Shown here one piece after another: positions 59,154 to 64,000 of a DNA stretch of 64,000 bases. Source of the DNA: Actinomycetota bacterium (lineage in GTDB: Bacteria; Actinomycetota; Actinomycetes; S36-B12; UBA5976); NCBI GenBank assembly GCA_947448865.1, contig CANFOW010000002.1, positions 5,621 to 69,620 on the forward strand, given 5' to 3'. Under the pieces are notes generated by a model that saw only the letters and a list, made by a program, of their open reading frames with translations, did no database searches and was not told the origin of the DNA. Made by a program: the position numbers and the translations under genes. Positions within the stretch are counted from its first letter, which is position 1; each line of letters starts with the position of its first letter.

Positions 59154-59798
59154 ATGGCTCACATGACTTTCGATGAGTATCTAGTGACATGGTCAACATT
59201 GCATTCCAACGCGCAGCCATCGTTGCTTGTGCGCTGTTGGTTACGTGTTGCGTTTTTTGTGTCGACTCCGTTTGTGCGCTTTGGACCGAATTCTGTCACT
59301 GCCATGGGTGTCATCTTCATGTCAGTTGTGGTCGCAATTTCACCCGATTCACCTGCCATCGCAGCTCTGTGCCTTCCTTTTGTTGGCCTGCTCGACAACA
59401 TTGATGGAATTGTTGCAGTTCGGTCATCTCGCGTGAGTGCTTATGGAGCATTTTTAGACTCCATAGCCGATCGCATCGTCGACATTTTGTCTGTAGCGAT
59501 TTTCGTTCGACTGGGCGCTCATGTGTACGTTGGAATTTGCGCCCTCATGACGACTGTCATTCATGAGTACATGCGGGCCAGGGCGTTATCGCTCGGTGCC
59601 AAGGATGTCGGAGTCATTTCTATCGCCGAAAAACCGACTCGAATTATTGTGACGGCAATTGGCTTAGTGGCCGTCGCCGTACTTGGAGATCACCGCACAA
59701 ACGTGAGCGATTATGTTTTGTATTTATGGTGCACCATTGGTGTCATCGGGCTGCTTCAACTCTGGCCAGCTTTAAAAAAGCAACTGGTGAACAATTAA
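59154..59798 (+). CDS. CDP-alcohol phosphatidyltransferase family protein
   Basis: PNSVT, DNIDGIVA...GAFLDSIADRIVD signature. Confidence 0.88.
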   Translation: MAHMTFDEYLVTWSTLHSNAQPSLLVRCWLRVAFFVSTPFVRFGPNSVTAMGVIFMSVVVAISPDSPAIAALCLPFVGLLDNIDGIVAVRSSRVSAYGAFLDSIADRIVDILSVAIFVRLGAHVYVGICALMTTVIHEYMRARALSLGAKDVGVISIAEKPTRIIVTAIGLVAVAVLGDHRTNVSDYVLYLWCTIGVIGLLQLWPALKKQLVNN

Positions 59799-59807
59799 CT
59801 TAGGTTG

Positions 59808-61298
59808 TTAAGCCCGACCAATAAGTTGGGCAACAATGTTTGCTGACATAGCGACGAGCGGCAAACCACCACCGGGATGTGACGATCCACCCACGAGGTA
59901 AAGATTCTTGATCGCAGTGACATTAGATGGTCGAAGAAATGCCGACCGCATACCGTTACTCGAAGACCCATAAATAGATCCGCCAGGTGCTCCCGTTCGA
60001 GATTCCAAATCGGATGGCGTCAAAGTGGACGACCATGTGATGCGTTCGTCTATGTCGAATCCACGAGTCTTGAGAATTCCGATTACGTGAGCGAAATAGT
60101 CATCGCGTAACGAATTGTTTGACCAGTCCACCCCATGATCAGGGTCGTGGCGAGGCGCGTTGACGAGAACAAACCAGGACTCACTGCCTTCGGGAGCCAT
60201 CTGCGAATCTCTGGGATTACACACATAAACAGTCGGGTCAGAAACTGGCATCTTTGTTTTGCCAAAGATGGAATCAAACTCGGCATCGTAATGCGCAGGA
60301 AACCACACGTTGTGATGTTCAAGGTCAGAAGTGTGTCCACGTAACGCAATCAGCCCAACAAAACCAGATAGCGATGGTGTGTTACCTGCGAGTTGTTTTC
60401 GTGCGCGTGATGTCAGATCCATGGAAATCGGATTTGTGAGAAGTGAGTTGTACACCAAGCTGGCATCAGCATTTGCAACCACGATGTGCGCAGGAACGTC
60501 GCCGCGCGAAGTAGACACTGATGTGACAGTAGCTCCGCCATTGATTGATGTGACGGATGAATCAAAGGTAAAGCGCACTCCAAGTGACTCGCATCGTTCG
60601 AAGAGCGCCCGTCCAAGTTCTCGAACGCCACCTGCAATGTGATAAGCGCCAAAGACCTGTTCGATATAAGGAACTGTTGCCAATGCAGCGGGGGCTTTAC
60701 GTGGATCAGAGCCTGTGTACGTGGCATATCGATCTACGAGTGTGACAAGCCGTGGATCATCAAAGTAGTGGTTCGCCAGACTGCGTAATGTGCGTCCTGG
60801 CGCAATCGACTTTAAATCCTTCAGCCGATAGGAAAGCGACAACAAACTACTGAGTCCATTGAGTGGCGATTCCAAGAACGGTACTCGCGTTGCGGACCAC
60901 ATCTGGCTGGCTCGGTGCATAAATGACTTCCATTGCTCAGCGCTTTTTCCGCCAAACGCGTCACCAATGGCTTGTGCGCAAGCACCAACTCCAACCCCTG
61001 GCATTTTCAACACAGTGCCATCTGCGAACTGATATCGAAAAGCGATATCAAGATCAACAAGGTTCACACTTTCTTCAAGTGGTCGACCCGTCTTCAAGAA
61101 CAAGTCGCGGTACACCGCGGGCAAGGTAACCAAACTCGGACCGGTATCAAAAACATGACCACCGTGGCTTCCAATTCCAAGTTTGCCACCCCACGTGTGG
61201 CTTTGCTCGATCACGTTAACGTCATGACCTTTGGCAGCCAGACGTGCCGCACATGCCAATCCACCCATGCCTGCGCCGATAACAACTACGTTTGCCAC
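59808..61298 (-). CDS. crtD: Second CrtI-family desaturase (CrtD-like 1-hydroxycarotenoid 3,4-desaturase)
   Basis: GAGMGG, FDTGPSL, RYATYTGSDP, GGSIYG, HPGGGLP; next to cruF/cruG-like genes. Confidence 0.75.
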   Translation of the reverse strand: MANVVVIGAGMGGLACAARLAAKGHDVNVIEQSHTWGGKLGIGSHGGHVFDTGPSLVTLPAVYRDLFLKTGRPLEESVNLVDLDIAFRYQFADGTVLKMPGVGVGACAQAIGDAFGGKSAEQWKSFMHRASQMWSATRVPFLESPLNGLSSLLSLSYRLKDLKSIAPGRTLRSLANHYFDDPRLVTLVDRYATYTGSDPRKAPAALATVPYIEQVFGAYHIAGGVRELGRALFERCESLGVRFTFDSSVTSINGGATVTSVSTSRGDVPAHIVVANADASLVYNSLLTNPISMDLTSRARKQLAGNTPSLSGFVGLIALRGHTSDLEHHNVWFPAHYDAEFDSIFGKTKMPVSDPTVYVCNPRDSQMAPEGSESWFVLVNAPRHDPDHGVDWSNNSLRDDYFAHVIGILKTRGFDIDERITWSSTLTPSDLESRTGAPGGSIYGSSSNGMRSAFLRPSNVTAIKNLYLVGGSSHPGGGLPLVAMSANIVAQLIGRA

Positions 61299-61342
61299 AT
61301 CATCACCTTAGAACAGCTTCGCATCGTCAGTAACGTGGAGTT

Positions 61343-61434
61343 GTAGTCATGATGCAGAAAGTAGTCATGATGCAGAAAGTAGTCATGACGCAGAAAGTAG
61401 TCATGACGCAGAAAGTAGTCATGACGCAGAAAGT
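61343..61434. repeat. 18-bp tandem repeat (GTAGTCATGAYGCAGAAA) x5
   Basis: Units at 61343 and 61361 (T variant), 61379, 61397 and 61415 (C variant); last copy overlaps the GT2 stop. Confidence 0.95.
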
Positions 61435-62516
61435 TGACGGCCCTTCCAGGTATTGAGGCCACGCTTATGGCGATACCACGACACACAATTGAGATATATG
61501 AAACCAAGTATCGAAAGTGGATGGAGAAAAATTTCAGGCATTGTGCGTTGTTTGAACTGACGCGCCGACACCAATCTTCCGACAACTCCAGCGCAATAAC
61601 CAACTAGTGCAAGTCCCATGTGACCTAATGCAAATCCAAGCAGTGGAAATACGTACGCAAACACAAGAAAACCATTGATAAAGAGTGATCCGAGTGCACC
61701 ATCAAAAGCAGCCCACAGGCTCTTTGCATATCCAGCGACTAGTTGTTTATCACTTTCATACATCTGACATGTGGCCAAGTCCGTGCCATCTGCAACGCTC
61801 GCACGAAATCCGTGGCGACTGAACACACGAGACAGTTCGATGTCTTCGAGAACCTTGTCACGAACACTTTCATGTCCTCCACATGCTTCGTATGCATCGC
61901 GTGTTACTGCAATAAATTGACCATTGCCAACTGCCATGCTGGGTCGCTGCGTGCGTAATGAAATTCTTAATGGAACAGTTGTTAGCCAAGACCATTGCAG
62001 CAACGGTTGAATCAATCGCGCAAACGGTGAAGAAACTAATTGACGTGGATACGGGCTTACGAAAGCCAAGTTGTTGTCGCAAAGTGCGGCTACAGCGCCT
62101 GACACTGCATGTGGTGCAAGAACGACATCAGCATCAATAAAGATGAGGTACGTGCTGTGTGACTGTTGTGCAATCTGACTGCAGGCATACGGTTTCCCCA
62201 ACCATCCTGTTGGAGGTTCGCCACGTCCAGTTAAAACAGTGAGTCTCTCGTCTAAAAACGTATTGAGAATCGTCAGCGTATTGTCAGTGGATCCGTCATC
62301 GAGTACAAGTACACGCAGGTTGGTCACATTGGTTTGATTGAGAGCAGCAGCAACACATTCTCTGATGTTGCTTTCTTCATTACGTGCTGGGATCGCGATT
62401 GTGATGGAGTCTGAGATTTCTCTGGAATCACCGCGAACAAGAAATCTGCGATTGATCCAACTGTGCAGCGTTAAAAGCCATGCGAGTATGGCAGCGCCAC
62501 TGAGAAGTGCATTCAC
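61419..62516 (-). CDS. GT2 carotenoid glycosyltransferase (CruG/CruC-like)
   Basis: IPARNEE, DDGSTD, GWLGKPYAC, DAD, NGQF, LEDI, WKGR. Confidence 0.85.
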   Translation of the reverse strand: MNALLSGAAILAWLLTLHSWINRRFLVRGDSREISDSITIAIPARNEESNIRECVAAALNQTNVTNLRVLVLDDGSTDNTLTILNTFLDERLTVLTGRGEPPTGWLGKPYACSQIAQQSHSTYLIFIDADVVLAPHAVSGAVAALCDNNLAFVSPYPRQLVSSPFARLIQPLLQWSWLTTVPLRISLRTQRPSMAVGNGQFIAVTRDAYEACGGHESVRDKVLEDIELSRVFSRHGFRASVADGTDLATCQMYESDKQLVAGYAKSLWAAFDGALGSLFINGFLVFAYVFPLLGFALGHMGLALVGYCAGVVGRLVSARQFKQRTMPEIFLHPLSILGFIYLNCVSWYRHKRGLNTWKGRQLSAS

Positions 62517-63307
62517 TAGACCTGCCGCATCGTCATAATGACGGGAACCATGACCAATCCCATTCCGACAAAACCGCTAACGGCTACGCCGGGTTGTCCG
62601 AGGAACGGCGCAAAGGGAACGATGTTGACCAAGAAACTTCCTAGCCATACCCACATGAGCATGGCGAACGGGGCGAAATCCCGGGTCGTTATTGGGGTAG
62701 TGGGCGTGCGCTTGTTGATTTGATAAGCAATAACAGACGACACAACAAACCATGAAACGTAATTTGATATTGGGATTCCATTGATGTTATCCGTGACGAA
62801 TTGCCAAAACCAATACGTTTCACGTGTCATCTGAGGGTCGAGATATAGGTCCCAACCCATCATCAAAGCACCAGTTACGGCACTGGACATAAAAATATTT
62901 TTGCTGATGGTTTGTCCAACCAATAAGCATGGATACATCATCATGAACCAGGCAAAGGGAATCAGTACAGGAATTCCGAAAATCATGGGACCAAGATGAC
63001 TGGTGTAGTCGTAGCGTCCAAAAAGCGAATGAAAATGTACGCCAACAAATTCTGCGATGTAGCTTGTAATGCACGTAGTGAGGAGAACTGAGTACGCATA
63101 TTCTCCGCCACGCGTGAGCGCTGCGTGAGTGAGAGACATCATGGCGAACGTGATGACTCCGAGAATTGTCAGGTTGGCACGGATAGTTCCATGAAAAAGT
63201 GTCCAAGCGATGTTGACAAGAATTGTCAAGATCAAAAACAAAAGAGGTAGCGGCGAATTGTCTACCAAGATTCGATTAACGGCTGCCTTAAATCGTGTGA
63301 CATTCAT
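62516..63307 (-). CDS. cruF: CruF-like carotenoid 1',2'-hydratase (DUF422)
   Basis: E.VGV...FGRYDY, IP.LIPFAW, WDLYLDP, IPISNY.SW. Confidence 0.8.
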   Translation of the reverse strand: MNVTRFKAAVNRILVDNSPLPLLFLILTILVNIAWTLFHGTIRANLTILGVITFAMMSLTHAALTRGGEYAYSVLLTTCITSYIAEFVGVHFHSLFGRYDYTSHLGPMIFGIPVLIPFAWFMMMYPCLLVGQTISKNIFMSSAVTGALMMGWDLYLDPQMTRETYWFWQFVTDNINGIPISNYVSWFVVSSVIAYQINKRTPTTPITTRDFAPFAMLMWVWLGSFLVNIVPFAPFLGQPGVAVSGFVGMGLVMVPVIMTMRQV

Positions 63308-63309
63308 AC

Positions 63310-63999
63310 TTACTCACTCCAGTTCTGGCCGTTGTACGTACCTGTGATTGAGAGTACTTCAAAGCGCGCAAATAGTTCTTCGGCATACCAACCTGTTTCG
63401 TGAGTTTTTGCAATAACTAATTGGTGCGCTCGTTGCCGTGTTGCGAATTGGGTAATGCTTTCGTTGTCTTTCCATATGCTGAACGTTCCTTGTAGCCCTA
63501 CGGGTGCTTCGCCGATGCCCAAGCTCAACAAAAGTCCATCACTTGCGTTTAAGTCGTCGCTGACCGGGGGAACTGAACGCCAGAATTCGCGCCACCACCG
63601 TACTTTGATTGAAGCGCGAGTCAGTGCTGCAACTTTCGTAGTCACTTTGCGAGGCGTCGGATCACCGAAAGGAGTGCAGGAAGCCCATGTTCCTTTGCTT
63701 GACAGTGGATTCATGACAACGCGAGCATGCTCAGTTGATATTCTGAGCCAGCGTTTCAGCACGGAACTAGAACCAAACTCAGCTGCACTTGTCTCTGTGG
63801 GCCACACCGTGAGGATTGCCCAATGGTGAATGTCAGCATCCCGCATTGTGAAAGTCTTTCCCGAACCGGTACCGAGTAACTTCCAAAAGCAGAGATCTGG
63901 AGCAGACTTCAAGTGTCTGCGATCTAGACCCATGCGCAATATTGCTGCAGGCACTCGTGAAGTCGAGACTTTGAAAACATCGAGTACAACAACGGGCGA
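63310..63999 (-). CDS. crtA: CrtA-like spheroidene monooxygenase/carotenoid 2'-hydroxylase (5' end beyond window edge)
   Basis: KLLGTGSG, ALTRASI, GIGEAP..LQGTFSIW, EELFARF; frame stays open to the window edge. Confidence 0.82.
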   Translation of the reverse strand, partial: SPVVVLDVFKVSTSRVPAAILRMGLDRRHLKSAPDLCFWKLLGTGSGKTFTMRDADIHHWAILTVWPTETSAAEFGSSSVLKRWLRISTEHARVVMNPLSSKGTWASCTPFGDPTPRKVTTKVAALTRASIKVRWWREFWRSVPPVSDDLNASDGLLLSLGIGEAPVGLQGTFSIWKDNESITQFATRQRAHQLVIAKTHETGWYAEELFARFEVLSITGTYNGQNWSE

Positions 64000-64000
64000 G

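Noticed and set aside
61343-61434. Possible CRISPR array (also considered for 1333-1408)
   Set aside because: Units are directly adjacent with no unique spacers, are too short, and no cas genes are present
61286-61603. 105-aa ORF with FLRHDY repeats
   Set aside because: Alternative-frame read-through of the VNTR, overlapping the GT2 gene; no RBS or homology evidence
1-64000. tRNA, rRNA, IS, integrase or prophage
   Set aside because: No cloverleaf, rRNA-like tract, transposase or phage ORF was recognised

Overview
Gene-dense core-chromosome segment from an Actinomycetota genome. GC content looks moderate by eye, and many genes appear to be leaderless, which suggests a streamlined planktonic lineage (inference). 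From my recollection of that locus, gene order follows the conserved actinobacterial backbone seen in M. tuberculosis Rv2173-Rv2220: glnA-RDD-DUF4191-lipA-lipB-TIGR01777-dlaT-pepA-gcvT-DUF3043-glycerate kinase-erpA-adoK-ctaCDF-qcrCAB/ctaE-trpD-DEDD exonuclease-pimB'-fadD-plsC-DAHP synthase-PASTA kinase-mptA-crtE. Accessory content includes a solitary ectC-like gene directly downstream of glnA, with a highly structured spacer between them, an MMPL/peptidase E pair, an aquaporin, a cobalamin-riboswitch-controlled BtuFCD-like importer, aat, murT/gatD, an orphan barstar, and a large carotenoid cluster (crtYc/Yd, crtB, crtI, crtE, crtD-like, cruG-like, cruF-like, crtA-like). I found no rRNA, tRNA, CRISPR array or mobile element. 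The best leads are the glnA-structured RNA-solitary ectC module, three short tandem repeats at gene junctions (one creates a coupled repeat mini-ORF inside the carotenoid operon), and a mirror-image pair of RecA-NDp/PafBC-like promoters that would drive a small Cys4 protein. Start codons were moved from the ORF track where RBS or leaderless -10 evidence supported it.
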